A DNA stretch of 63,501 nt, the filler included, from Reticulomyxa filosa (taxonomy: Eukaryota > Protista > Foraminifera): NCBI GenBank assembly GCA_000512085.1. It is 22 parts of 22 records of this genome, joined end to end, with 100 filler letters (N's around TTAATTAATTAA, not from the genome) between each part and the next. Parts side by side here need not be neighbours in the genome. Positions count along the whole stretch, not along the records: positions 13,700 to 17,836 come from ASPP01024694.1; positions 17,937 to 19,140 come from ASPP01010935.1; positions 19,241 to 21,475 come from ASPP01004688.1; positions 21,576 to 24,461 come from ASPP01024767.1; positions 24,562 to 26,202 come from ASPP01008419.1; 17 more parts are not named here. One strand, given 5' to 3'. The position numbers and the translations under genes are program-made. The notes under the pieces are model-generated. The model saw only the letters and a list, made by a program, of their open reading frames with translations. It was not told where the DNA came from and did not search any database. Of this stretch, positions 13,600 to 26,302 are shown in pieces; positions within the stretch are counted from its first letter, which is position 1, and the number at the start of each line of letters is the position of its first letter.

Positions 13600-16500
13600 N
13601 NNNNNNNNNNNNNNNNNNNNNNNNNNNNNNNNNNNNNNNNNNNTTAATTAATTAANNNNNNNNNNNNNNNNNNNNNNNNNNNNNNNNNNNNNNNNNNNNG
13701 GAGCAGCTGTCGTAATTCAAATACTGTCATTATTCGCACGCAGCTCATTGGCGACTATGGACAGAAAAACATTGATGTGGATGATCATTATAATGTAGAT
13801 TTTTATCATGTCATCAAAGATATGATATATACATATATATGTTTATCATTCACAATCACAATGATCAATCGGCCTTTCTTCGTGTTGACAATCACAATTA
13901 TATCTTTGTCCCTACACGTACTATTAATCATCACGATTATTAATATCGACCATTTGGGATATTAAAGGCAATTCGCCAAAATTTTTTGACTGATGGAAGT
14001 GTAAGGAACAGTCACGAATGTATAATTGGAATGATTGACCAATTGATAGCTGAATGACGCGCAAAAAGTTGAGTTGGTTGAATACTTGAACCAAAATTAT
14101 TTCGAAGAAGGATTTACTGGGATTGCAAGTATTGAGTTAGTTTTTCGTTTACTTATATAACATACATATAAATATATAAATATATATTTGAATAAATAGA
14201 AAAATGAAAAAATAAAACTGTGGTGAAGCAGTTATTCGCAAAGAAATTCTAGAATGGATCAGAAATGATGGTCAATGACAAATCGAGTTTTGTACTTGGT
14301 GATTCAATTCAGGATTTGTTTCAACAAGGATGCTAGCCATGGTTTGTCCAAATTCTTTATGAGCTCTTTGTTGAGATCGCAATAGTAATTTTGGAGTGAG
14401 TGTTTAATATTTTTTTTCATATAAGTTATGTATTGCTCCATTTGTGAAGTGTGATATTTAAATATTTTGTTGGTAAGACCAACATTCATCAAATTGTTAT
14501 AAATCTTTTCATGCTAATCATCATCATTTGTTCCGTCATTGGATTGATATATTTCTTCTATCTCATTATATTTCGAATAAAAACTTTTGTTTCATTAACC
14601 ACTAGTTTGTAAAACAATCAATAATAAGTATGTTTTGGAAATCTGACTTTTTAAAATAAGGAATAAAAAAAAGATTAATTAATATTTAATGATTTATCAA
14701 ATGAAAAAGAAATTTAATCGAATCCCAAAATAGATTGGTAGATTAACAGCTGAATTAAAAGTAAACAAAAAATGAATACAAAATTGCACTTGTGAAGCTT
14801 TAAATTAGAGTTTGGTTTAATATTGAAGGTATCTTTTAAATTATTAACCAAAGTCCTAACGAAAAGAGACAAATAATAATACTTTCAACACAGTATGCAT
14901 CCTTAATTAGTAATAAAGTGCATTTATATAAAAAAATAGATGTTGGAAAATGTAAAATTGTGAGTAAATTGTCTTTCGGATACATCAACTGATTACCGTT
15001 GTTAAGCGAGATTAGTAAGGAAATCATTGGATTGTTTATTCTACGCTTCATCAATTCAAGCGCCTTTGAAAGAAGTTAATGCAATTATAAGCAACTGTTT
15101 TGTTTTCTTTTCTAATTTTACAAACACTTTTTTAAAATATTTGTTTGTATGCCCCCAAAATTGGCTGGTGATAAAACTTGCTCAAAGTATTGTTTTTTTT
15201 TTGTATGCAAGTTTGAATTATTTGTGTTTATTATTATTTTATCAAAAGTTACAAGAAATGGAATTTAAGCATGAAGACGATGGAATCACAAATGAAAAAG
15301 ATGAACAAAAATGTTGAAGCAAATACGTTCAACTTCTGCATTTCCTGGTAAACAGACCAATTCAAATACACTCTATTAAAATAGAATGCGAACACAGAAA
15401 CTAAGTTACAAGTAGAAATGAGATACATTCATCTAAGAAAGTGCAAATATAGTCCAGATGATGATGCAGAAAGAGGGTCAGGGTTGCGTATCAAGTTATT
15501 TCTATGATGCTAAAAGTTTTAAGTTTTTTTCGAAGTTAGTTGTGCTGAAATATTTTTGTTATAAGTAAAATTCTTTGCTAAATAAAATCAATTTTTAATC
15601 AATCAATTTATTACAAAAAAATTCAAAATAAAAAATTCCTAATGTCAAAAATACTTGATTATTAACACATAATCTACACGTAAAAGTTCGCCGGTGCCCA
15701 CAACCAAAAAGAAAAAAAACTATATGATCAACACACAAAAAAAAATGGGTGTATCATTCGTTCATTTTTTTAAGTTATTGCCCTTGTAGGTGTTGTCCGC
15801 ACTAACTAAGAAATAATCGATAGTACGCCATAGCGTTAGCACATTCATTTTGCCATATTTGTGAGCTTCTCTTGACCAACACCCAAAATCATATCTGACG
15901 AGTTTCATCTTTATGTGTCCCATAGATTCTCAAAATACAGTAACAGCTCCACTATTCTAAATTATTTGGCTGTAGCCATTTTTGCCATCAAAGCTCACTA
16001 TCCAATAAAATACAATAAAATAGATTCTATATTCTCTTTTTATTGGTATTCACAAACTATTTACTTGTAGACTCAGCGTTACATTCTGCACCTTATTGTG
16101 TCACAACTTTCTTTTTTGTTTCATTTTGAAATCTGATCTTTTGTTTTTTTTTTGTGCTATTTATGTCACAATAAAAAAATTTGAACAAGTAAAAAAAGTT
16201 GGCCAATGTTCGAACTTAACTTCAGGAAATGTTTTCCTTGTAGCAGCGTCGAAAAAACTTAGAAGGTTGTAGGACGTCAGCTGGAAGAGGTGTACTAAAT
16301 GTAATACGAAAATGGTTTTGCTCAAGAAACCAATGTTCGATAAAACAAAAGTAAATTAAATAAAAGAAAGATGAATAACGCAACCAAAGAAGAAAACAAA
16401 GCAAAAGAGTAAGTGAAGTTGGTTGAGGAGTTTTAGCCCACTAGGGACTCCCAGGTTCCTTCAACGTTCAGATATTTATAGGGCCTTGCCCTACAGACTT

Positions 16501-17936
16501 TCAAAGTTGACAGAAAGAAACGCAAGAAGTGACCAGCCGCAGAAATGTAATACGATAAGATTTTTTTTTTGCTCTTTTGAGTGGATTTCAATAAAACAAA
16601 AATTAAGTAAATGAAATTAAAAAAAATGAAACTACAACACATAAAGAATGAACAGAAAGCAAGCAGAAAAGTGAAACGAGACAGATTCTGAAGAAAAAGG
16701 TTTTCCTTGAAACTTTGACGCCACCAGTTGGTTATAATCTCTGTCTACTTATTGTTACAACAATTCTATCTTCTCTTTTGTCTTATGTAGTGCAACGCCC
16801 TACTAATTACAGGAGAAGTTCCATATGAACGAGGGAACCCTTTTTCCTCAACAACCTTCGCTGTCTTTTTTACTTTTCTGTTTTCTTATTTCTTTGTCAG
16901 TTCTCTTTTATTTTTTTGTTTTGTTGTCTAAAAAAATTACAGTAGGTGCAAAAAAGCTGAACACTTAAAAAAACATTTTACGAAGATTTCCATTTTCTAA
17001 ATACAAATGAAATGTTGAATTTATAATTCATTGTCTTTTAGTCCATGAAATTGTCTTTTATTTAAAAATTTTTGTTTTAAGTCAAATTAGTTTAAATGAT
17101 AAAGCAATAGTATAATATTTAAACAAATTTTTTTATACGTCTATATACATCTTTTTTTCATGAAAAAGCCACTTACGAAAATACATCTACTTTATGATGA
17201 CACGTTATGATATAAGTCCTTTTCTATTGTTTCTGTTGTGTTCTTCTCGTATTTGAGTTTTTTAGTGATTTCTTGTTATGCTTTTTATTGATTTCTCAAA
17301 TTGCACTTTTCTTGGCCCACTTGAAACATAGTTATTTTTTAATTTGTCTTTATGTACTAGTTCCTTGTTTTATCAGTTTTACAATGTATAAAAATAGATT
17401 ATATTCGTTATTTAGAGCATTGTTTTATACAATGTTTTCAATTGATAAATCAAAAAGGTAATTAATGGAATAAAGGATATCATCTCGGTTATTGAGTCTT
17501 TTCTTAAAACTTTTATGAAACAATATTAAGTTATTTTTATTTAACAGAAGTTATTTTCCATATTCCACATATGTCTAGGTTCTGCTGGCCACATAAAAAA
17601 AAAGTATTTGTTTTCAAATTAAATTGAAATAACCAGAATTTAGACACAAATTTTTTGAAGCTTTTAAGTTTCAAGCTTGAGTTTTTACTTACAACTTTTC
17701 CTTGTCTTTTTCCCTTGAGTTTGTTATCTATCCTATTCTCCAGTTCTAAAGCAAAAAAAAAAAATGGCTCATGGTGGACATGGCGGGCATGGTGGTGGTG
17801 ATAGTGGCAAAAAAAAAAGCAAAGAAGACTCAATGCNNNNNNNNNNNNNNNNNNNNNNNNNNNNNNNNNNNNNNNNNNNNTTAATTAATTAANNNNNNNN
17901 NNNNNNNNNNNNNNNNNNNNNNNNNNNNNNNNNNNN

Positions 17937-19069
17937 TCCTGCACCAGCAGGGCAGCCATTTCTTCGTCCACACCCAGATGCTGGATGAAGTGCTCGCGCA
18001 GCTTGGCATCCTCTTCCAGGTGTTTTTCTTCCGCTTCGGTCACGGTCAGGATGTTCAGGTTCCAGCCGGTCAGCTCGGCGGCCAACTTCACGTTCTGGCC
18101 ACCACGGCCAATGGCCAGCGCCAGCTGCTCTTCCTCGACCACTACGTCCATGGTGTGACTGTCTTCGTCCACCATGATGCGGTTCACTTCGGCAGGCGAC
18201 AGCGCGTTGATCACGAACTGGGCAGGCTCGGCCGCCCACAGCACGATGTCGATGCGCTCGCCGGCCAGTTCCTGGGTCACGGCTTGCACGCGGGAGCCGC
18301 GCATGCCGATGCAGGTGCCTTGCGGGTCCAGACGCGGGTCGTTGGACTTGACCGCCATCTTGGCGCGCATACCCGGGTCACGGGCGGCTTCCTTGATTTC
18401 CAGCATGCCTTCTTCGATTTCCGGCACTTCCAGCTCGAACAGCTTCACCAGGAACTCGCGGGAGGTACGCGACAGCACCAGCTGCGGGCCACGACCCAGA
18501 CGGTCGATGCGCAGCAGGCAAGCCTTCACGCGGTCGCCCACGCGCAGGTTTTCCTTCGGAATCATCTGGTCGCGCGGCAGCACGGCTTCAAGCTTGCCGC
18601 ACTCGACGATGGCGTTACCACGTTCGATACGCTTGATGGTGCCGGTGATCAGGCTTTCACGGCGTTGCAGGAACTCGTTCAGCACCTGCTCGCGCTCGGC
18701 ATCACGGATCTTCTGCAGGATCACTTGTTTGGCAGCCTGGGCACCGATACGGCCGAACTCTACTGCTTCCATCGGTTCTTCGATCACGCTGCCCAGCTCG
18801 GCGCGCGGATCACGCTCGCGGGCCTCTTCCAGGCTCAGCTCGCGGTCTTCGTATTCCAGTGCTTCGGCGTCCACCACGGTCCAGCGGCGGAAGGTCTGGT
18901 ACTGGCCATTGTGACGGTCGATTTCTACGCGAACGTCCAGCTCGTCTTCGTTGAACTTCTTCTTGGTAGCAGACGCCAGCGCCATTTCCAGCGCCGAGAA
19001 AACCACCTCGCGGTTGACGTTCTTCTCGCTCGCCAGAGCGTCAACCAACAGCAAAATCTCGCGACTCAT
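17937..19069 (-). CDS. nusA: Bacterial transcription termination/antitermination factor NusA (3'-truncated)
   Basis: [18 protein letters not shown]..., [43 protein letters not shown] and [13 protein letters not shown] motifs. No introns, high GC, GGAGG RBS upstream. The N-terminus is typical of Betaproteobacteria. Confidence 0.97.
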
Positions 19070-19074
19070 GCAAT

Positions 19075-19079
19075 CCTCC
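19075..19079 (-). promoter_or_regulatory. Shine-Dalgarno site of nusA
   Basis: GGAGG 5 nt upstream of the ATG at 19069. Confidence 0.8.
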
Positions 19080-19117
19080 AAATTCCGTATTCTTGTACGC
19101 GGCCAACGTCCTGCGAA

Positions 19118-19140
19118 TTAAAACTCCGGCTCCAGGCGGG
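19118..19140 (-). CDS. rimP: C-terminal end of ribosome maturation factor RimP
   Basis: Reads ...RLEPEF* immediately upstream of nusA, matching the RimP C-terminus and the conserved rimP-nusA-infB order. Confidence 0.75.
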
Positions 19141-19240
19141 NNNNNNNNNNNNNNNNNNNNNNNNNNNNNNNNNNNNNNNNNNNNTTAATTAATTAANNNN
19201 NNNNNNNNNNNNNNNNNNNNNNNNNNNNNNNNNNNNNNNN

Positions 19241-21000
19241 GAATAATGGGGTAAGGCCCCCGTCTCCGCAAGGAGTTAACATGGTTTGTTATATAATAAT
19301 ATGTATATTTTGACATAATCGATTGTATGTGTTTTCAATAACAGCCACAACCCGTCCAGCAAAAAAAATAAAATATATATGTTCTCCTACCTTCCAAAGA
19401 AACATTTCGGGGTTGAAGCCATCCTGCATTGAAAAAAAAATAAAAGGGTTTGTATTTATTTTTTTTTTTATTATAAAATAATGGTTTGTTTTGCTAATAG
19501 GCATGCACCCATCAAAAAAAAATGTTTGCCCCCCCCTTTATCGTGACAAAAGAAAAAAATAAATAGATGATTGGATTGGAGATTAGCTCCAAAAGTCAAA
19601 GTATTTTATTTATTTATTTTTCTTCAAAAAAATGAAAAATTTTTTGGTTTTGTTATATTTATAGGTTGCAAGTCGTCGATGAAAAATTGGAAGCTTTTGT
19701 TTTTTATTTTTTTATTTTTTATTTGCATTGAGAGGGATAGGGAAAACTGGGGAAAATGAAAATAGAAAAATTAAGAAAAAGGAAAAAATGATAAAAATTT
19801 GGAAAATTTTAATTAAGAAAAATTGTGAAAATTTTAATTAAGAAAAGATTGGAAAAATATATTTTAGAAAATAAAAAATAGACATTAGAAAATAAAAAAA
19901 TGAAAAAAGAAATTTGAAAAAAGAAAAAAAAAAAGATGACAATGGAAAAAAAAGAATAAAAATGGAAAAAAAGGGGGGGGAGATTGAAAAGAAAAATGGG
20001 ATAACATCCCGCAAAAGCGCTAGATAAGCGCTATCTTATCGATGCCACAGCAAATCAAGATCTGATAGAAGTGGCGAACTTTGGACGAAAGAAATTGGCA
20101 CAAATTTCTATGTGTGTTGGATTTGGTCAAGACTTTGATGGCAAATAAATAAGGTGGCAAACGACAGGACGAGGACAAAAGGTGGATCAAGACGCTGAAA
20201 GAAAACGAAGAAGTTGAAGCGAACAAAAGAAGATGGAAAAAGAAGTAAAGATGCAAAAGTCGAATAGACGCAAAATCGAAGCCAAACTCTAATGGAACTG
20301 CACAATCGATTTGAACATTTGTGGACTGTCTTTGGGACAAACTATGGGCCGACAGACGATTTGGTTGTGCTCGAAGGAGTTTTTAATTGATAAATCGCGT
20401 AGGGACAGTTGACGAATCAAAAATTCAGCTGACGTGGCAATCAAGAAAGAAGAAGATAGAATGTATTGGTGATCCAAGGAGGAATTGGACAAATGTCATT
20501 GACGCGAATATTTCCAATAACGACCATTATCCGACGTTTATACATTTGACAAGGCCAGGATATTCTTCATAACAAGGGCGACTAGAGCGGATAGCTTCGT
20601 TTTTGGAAAAAATATATTGTAATAGCGTTGGAATAATTGAACTGCTATATCAAATAATCCGGGACAAACTGGATCTTGGTGCCGCATGACCACAAAAGCA
20701 AGATTGCCAATATAAATGAAAACGAAGACTTGATGATTTGCGCAAAGTGGCAATAATACCAACATTACGGCGATAGCGATTGAATGGACCGAAGAAGCAG
20801 AATACAATGAATAAAATGACTAGAATTTGTTAAAAAATTTTAACACTAGTGGACGAGCGAATCACGAAGTTCGAAGAATCGATGTGCGAGTGGTCCAATT
20901 TGGTTGAGTAATTATGCGAAACAAAGTCAAGATCACTGACAAAAAGATAGAAAGAAGCAAAGAAAGGATATACCAAGAGTCTGGAGGCTATACCGAGTTG
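19241..21000 (+). mobile_element. Copy 1 of a dispersed decayed repeat: intron-containing leader + A-rich tract + RNase H-like remnant
   Basis: Collinear similarity with 22477-24390. Shared blocks include ATGGGGTAAGGCCCCCGTCTCCGCAAGGAG, TTTCGGGGTTGAAGCCA, ATAGGCATGC, TTAGCTCCA, CAAGGCCA..ACAAGGGC and ATACCAACAT. A GN(E)RADS-like remnant lies at ~20575-20600. Confidence 0.6.
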
Positions 21001-22299
21001 GATTTATTTTTGTTTTTGCTTTAAAAAAATTTTGTAAGCTTTGCTGCGTTTATGGAATTGTTCGTTATAAAAAACGAGTGGCGATTTTGCGAGTTGTCAG
21101 ATATGGACAAACTTCACATAGCCCTCCAATGGAACTTCTGGACGAGTGTGGCAATATCAAGACAGTGGTACCCTAAATCATTGGAAAAATTTGTTCGCCA
21201 TCAACGTATACGTAGACAAGTCTCTGCGAATGATTATCCTTCAGCGAAAACAGTAAGAGTAGTTCAAATGGAATTCAGCTTGTCAATGCAACTCTACGCA
21301 ACATCAAAGAGGGAGCGGAAATTACGATTTACCGGGGCCAAGTATAACAAATCTTGTGAAATAGCCAACAAAAAAAAAAAGGTACAAACATCAACGATTC
21401 ATTTACGGCATTTCGGTTATTTGCGATATCACATTCATTTGTGCTTTATGCAATGAACATCGCACACAAATCCGANNNNNNNNNNNNNNNNNNNNNNNNN
21501 NNNNNNNNNNNNNNNNNNNTTAATTAATTAANNNNNNNNNNNNNNNNNNNNNNNNNNNNNNNNNNNNNNNNNNNNATGTTTTGAAATGAGTTTGATCACA
21601 ATAAAGCGATAAAAAAATACATAAAAACATGACCTTACTAAACAGATTGAATGAAACAACAAAAAAATTGATGTACTCTCTTGACTGTGAAGATAGATGT
21701 ACATATCAACCTGAATGTTGCCAATATCAGGAGAGACCACAGTAGGCAAGCGTATTTGTTTTGGCCATGATGACATCATCTTTTTTTCGAATAGTGTTGT
21801 CATTTTGAATGTCTTGGATTTACACTGACTCTTTCTTTTTCGGTAACTGTTGCAGTTTTGCAGAGGAGAGCATTGGAGAAGGAGTCCTCGAGAAGCGAAC
21901 TCCATGTTGAATACTTTTGGATTGTTAGGTTGTTTGAAGAAAGGACATTCGTAATGTCCAAGAGAACTTTTTCTGAAAGGGGAAACTTTTTCTCTTCCAG
22001 AGAAAAGCCGTTGCTCAAGAAAAAGTAAGTATTCATTCAAAAAAAACAATTTTAATTTCAATTATCTGTAATTAATTCATTTTTTGGAATCACAAATGTA
22101 GAGCCAAAAATGAAATAATATACAAAAATTTTAACAGTTCTGTTTTTCAAATTGTTTTGTCAAAATGTGAAAATATTCAAAAAAAATTTCAAATTTGCAT
22201 CTTTTTTATAAATTTATGAGTCTCGCATTTATGTCTTACTTAAGAAAAAAAGGTCTTTTTTTGTCGTTGTTGTCTCTCTCGTAACAGTTCGTAATTAGG

Positions 22300-24390
22300 A
22301 TTATATCCGCACTCTTCGCAAAACACTGGTACGTCTTCTTTCTGTTTTTTAAAATAATTTTGCAACTTAAAAGAGTGTGTTTTTTTTTAACAGACACCGC
22401 ACTTTGATAAAAAAAAAGAATGATTTTTTTATGTGGATGCTTTGCATCCTTCAGCAAAAGAAAAAATATATGTATTGAATATGGGGTAAGGCCCCCCGTC
22501 TCCGCAAGGAGTACTAAAGGTTTGGTATATTTATTTATTATATATATTTTTTGACATAATTGACTGTGCTTGTTTTTCATTAACAGCCGCAACCCGTTGT
22601 CAAAAAAAAAAATTGTATACGTCCCACTCCCAACTCACTACAAAAAACAATTTCGGGGTTGAAGCCACCACGCATTGAAAAAAAATGAAAGAGTTTGTAT
22701 CTTTTATTTTTTATTTTTTTATTTTTTTGTTAAATGTTTGTGTGTTGTCAATAGGCATGCCCCCATTTAAAAAATGTATTTGCCCCTCCCCGTTACAAAG
22801 AAAAAAAAATAGGTGATTGGAATTAGAGCTTTTAGCTCCACTGCAAAAAGTATGTTTTTGTTTTTTTTTAAAAAAATGAAAAATTATTTCAATTTGTGAA
22901 TGTGTGTTTAATAGTGTTCAATATTCAAAAAAAAGATTGTAAGGTTTTTTATTTTTTATTTTTCATTTCTGTTTGAGGTGGGAGGAGTACAAATTTGGGG
23001 GGAAAAGAAAATGGATGGAAAAAATTGGGAAAAAAAGTGATTGGAAAAGAAAATGAATTGGAAAAAGGGGGAAAAGGAAATATAGAAAGGGGGAAAAGAA
23101 AGTAGATAAGTGGGGGGTGGGGTGAAAATTTATTTAAGAAAAATGAAAAAAAATGAATAGTGAAAAATAAAAAAGAAATAAAAAAATGTTGAAAAATGAA
23201 GAGAAAAATAAAATAAAAAAAGAAGACAATGTGAAAAAAAAAGAAAAGATTAAAAAGATAAAAAAAAAGAAATAAAAAAGAAAAAAAAATGGATAAAATT
23301 AAAAAAAAAAATTGGAACAATCAATGAGCGGAGACCGATCGTGTACGTGGCGTTTTCGCACTTTGGATTTTGGGAATTGACAAATGACTGGAAACTCGCA
23401 AATATCTGGCTTGGACTAACTTTGCATCAACGTAGGCGCGCAATTCTATGTGGAACACCATTGGAGCGTCACATCACCAAAGAAAGAGCCAAACTTCGAT
23501 CTATCAGCATCAACAAGCAATGGAAACTCATCGTTATGGAAATTGCGCTAACTTTGTGATCGCAGGACAATAATCGAACATTGTTGTACGCATGCGCATA
23601 TTCGCAACTTTAGATTTTGAATGGATGCAATTCAATACTTTGTATTCGTCACACTGTCCTAGCACTTGGTGAACAATGAAGTGTTAGCCGCCAATTTGTA
23701 TTCGTATAAGTTGGATTCGAATCGTCAGCTTTGAATGTGAAGCCTTATGGCTTGGCGTACTCAAAAATTACGTTGGGTCATGGCATGCAAGAAACGAAGA
23801 AAGAGTGGCAACAAAGAATACCTCCAATAATGAAAAAGAAAAGAAAAATACTACTATCACTTATGGATCGCATCAAACATGTGAATGGAGGAGCATTGCG
23901 ATATGCGAACGTCCAATAACAAGCATTATCCAAGGCCAAAGTATGTCCCTGATCACAAGGGCAACGAGATCTTATAAATTTCGTATTTGGAAGAAAGTCA
24001 TTATGTGGTGGCACTGAAACAATGTGGCAAAATTCTCACAGACAAATCTCAAACAATGTGGACATTGGTGCTGCTCGATACGAAAGCAAGCTTGCAAGAA
24101 GAAAGAAAAAGACGTAAAGTGAAACGATACCAACATGGCGATTTCCGCAACGGCGACAACGACCGGACTTACGAAGAAGTGGAGACGATGAAGAAGATAG
24201 TGCTGAAGTTATTAAAAAATAAAGCAAATAGATATTGAGCAAACGACTATGTCGGGAGAATTGTTCCATGTAAGAGTGGCTGAATTCGGTGGAAGAGTTG
24301 TGCGAGGTTCGCATCATGACACCAGTAAGAAAAAATAGGAAGATTAGGAGGATGGCGAAGAGAAAAAAGAACGTGACAAGTGCGTATAGC
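22300..24390 (+). mobile_element. Copy 2 of the same dispersed decayed repeat
   Basis: Same blocks in the same order as 19241-21000. KYVPDHKGNE (~23937-23968) resembles the RNase H WVPxH...GNE motif. Confidence 0.6.
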
Positions 24391-24561
24391 TTTGAATTCC
24401 TTTTAAAAAAAAAAAATAATAACCAGTCAGATGGCTTTGTTGAGTTTTGCCATAGAATTGTNNNNNNNNNNNNNNNNNNNNNNNNNNNNNNNNNNNNNNN
24501 NNNNNTTAATTAATTAANNNNNNNNNNNNNNNNNNNNNNNNNNNNNNNNNNNNNNNNNNNN

Positions 24562-26202
24562 TGTTGTTGTTGTTACTCGCGTCTGCAGATGTCTTGGGCT
24601 TTGATATCAAAAGAGTATCTGTGTTGATGGCTTCTAAAGGCTTGACGGCTGCTGTCAGATCTGCATTTTCCGAGTCGGTCTTTCCTTGCGTTTTGTCTGC
24701 TTTGTTCGAGTCACGCTGCAAAGGATAGGTAGGTGTATTGCACGATCGAATCAAAATGGACAAGAGCTGAATCAACTCGGCCACTCGTGGCGGTAGGATT
24801 CGTTTGTATTGTTTTTTCCCGTTATTGTCTTTTCCGGCCATTGCGCGATTGAAGTGCAAATGGAACCAATCGTTCAAAAAGAAGCCCACAATGGCTCGAA
24901 TGGTGCCAATTCTTACCATCAATTGGCGCTCTTCGCGTCCCAGCAGAGCAATTCCCTTCAACAATGTAAAGAATGTCTGATACTTTTGGTGGTACTCAGT
25001 GGTCACCGCCAAGAAGCGGACCATGTGAGCAATGAAACGAGCGCAAGCAAATGTATCAGCATCCAAAATGGCTGCAGGAGAGAACGGGATTGATCCATCA
25101 GCGGTCTTGTGATCATTGTCTTTGTTCTCGGTGGTCGGACTTAAAGATGGCCATTCATTAATACGTTCCATTTCTTGAGGATCGTTCACTTTTTCCGCAA
25201 ACTGTGTATAACTTTCTTTCTCTTGCTGTCGCTGGATGGTCAACACGCCCAATATCAAATCCACAAAGGCCAGTCGCACAGGCTCATGTGTGCATCGGAA
25301 TAATATGTTGGCAAACCATTGCGGCTGCGTGCATATCTTATGCAATAGCCATTTTCGTCCGGATTGGGACACAACATACAATTGATACAATTGATGCATC
25401 CATTGTGGATACGAAGCGTTATCTTTGCTTCGGATCAATATCTCAAAGACAAAAGATGTCGTGATTTGAATAGCGCGGAGCATGTCGTCGGGGGAAGGAG
25501 GGACATGACTATTGGGGCCGGTAGGTACCAAGGACAGCTCATCCGCTCCTGGTAAGCTTTGGTCCAAATCCATTTCTCTTACCAACGTGGTCTGCACGAC
25601 GTTCCATAAGAATGTCAAGTATTCAAAATCGAATACATTGCGATTCGTGAAGAACTCCAAGTTGTCATTCCATATGTTTCTCTCCACCGGCTCGGCAATT
25701 GGCAGGCGTGCAATTTTGGAGAGCGACTTGTTTTCTTTCTTTTCGTTTGATGTCGTGGACAAGTGTAAAGGTTGTTCGGAAGTTTTCAGCAACGGTGCGG
25801 TGTTGTTTGTGCTCTCTCTTCGTTTGTCTCCAGTGGCCGTGAGAGGATGATAGTCACCCAGCTTGCGTTTGTACACAAGCATGTAGGCATTGAAGGGCTT
25901 TTCTATCTCCTTTTGGATACGACGTCTTGGGTTTTGGGGGTCATCCATCATTGTCACATGCATACCTCCAAATGTCTCCGCGTCAATGTTTTGCGGGTCA
26001 AACGGCGACACTTCGGTGTCGTTGAATTCCCACCACTTGCCATCGGGCGACTCTCCGTAGGAATAGTAATGTCCACTGTTCGCATTACCAGTGTGGACCA
26101 ATATTCCGACCAATCGATAGTCGTAATATTCCGGAGGATGTAATTCCGTGAATGTGGGTTGTTGTTGTGTAGGTTTGGATGGCTTAGTAGTCGTAGCAGT
26201 AG
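24562..26202 (-). CDS. Ubiquitin-specific protease (USP9X/USP24/USP34-like), catalytic His-box and downstream region; partial
   Basis: YRLVGILVHTGNANSGHYYSY, WWEFNDTEVSPFD, ETFGG and NAYMLVY motifs in a contig-spanning ORF. Confidence 0.9.
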
Positions 26203-26302
26203 NNNNNNNNNNNNNNNNNNNNNNNNNNNNNNNNNNNNNNNNNNNNTTAATTAATTAANNNNNNNNNNNNNNNNNNNNNNNNNNNNNNNNNNNNNNNNNN
26301 NN

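Noticed and set aside
16430-16860. GC-richer island with hairpin TAGGGC-CTT-GCCCTA (16479-16493) as a possible LTR or ncRNA
   Set aside because: Single short stem, no second copy in the window, and no recognisable motif.
17978-19192. 404-aa and 246-aa plus-strand ORFs
   Set aside because: Antisense shadows of GC-rich nusA.
22949-23320. Phe-rich 123-aa membrane-protein ORF
   Set aside because: Reverse translation of a purine/A-rich low-complexity tract.
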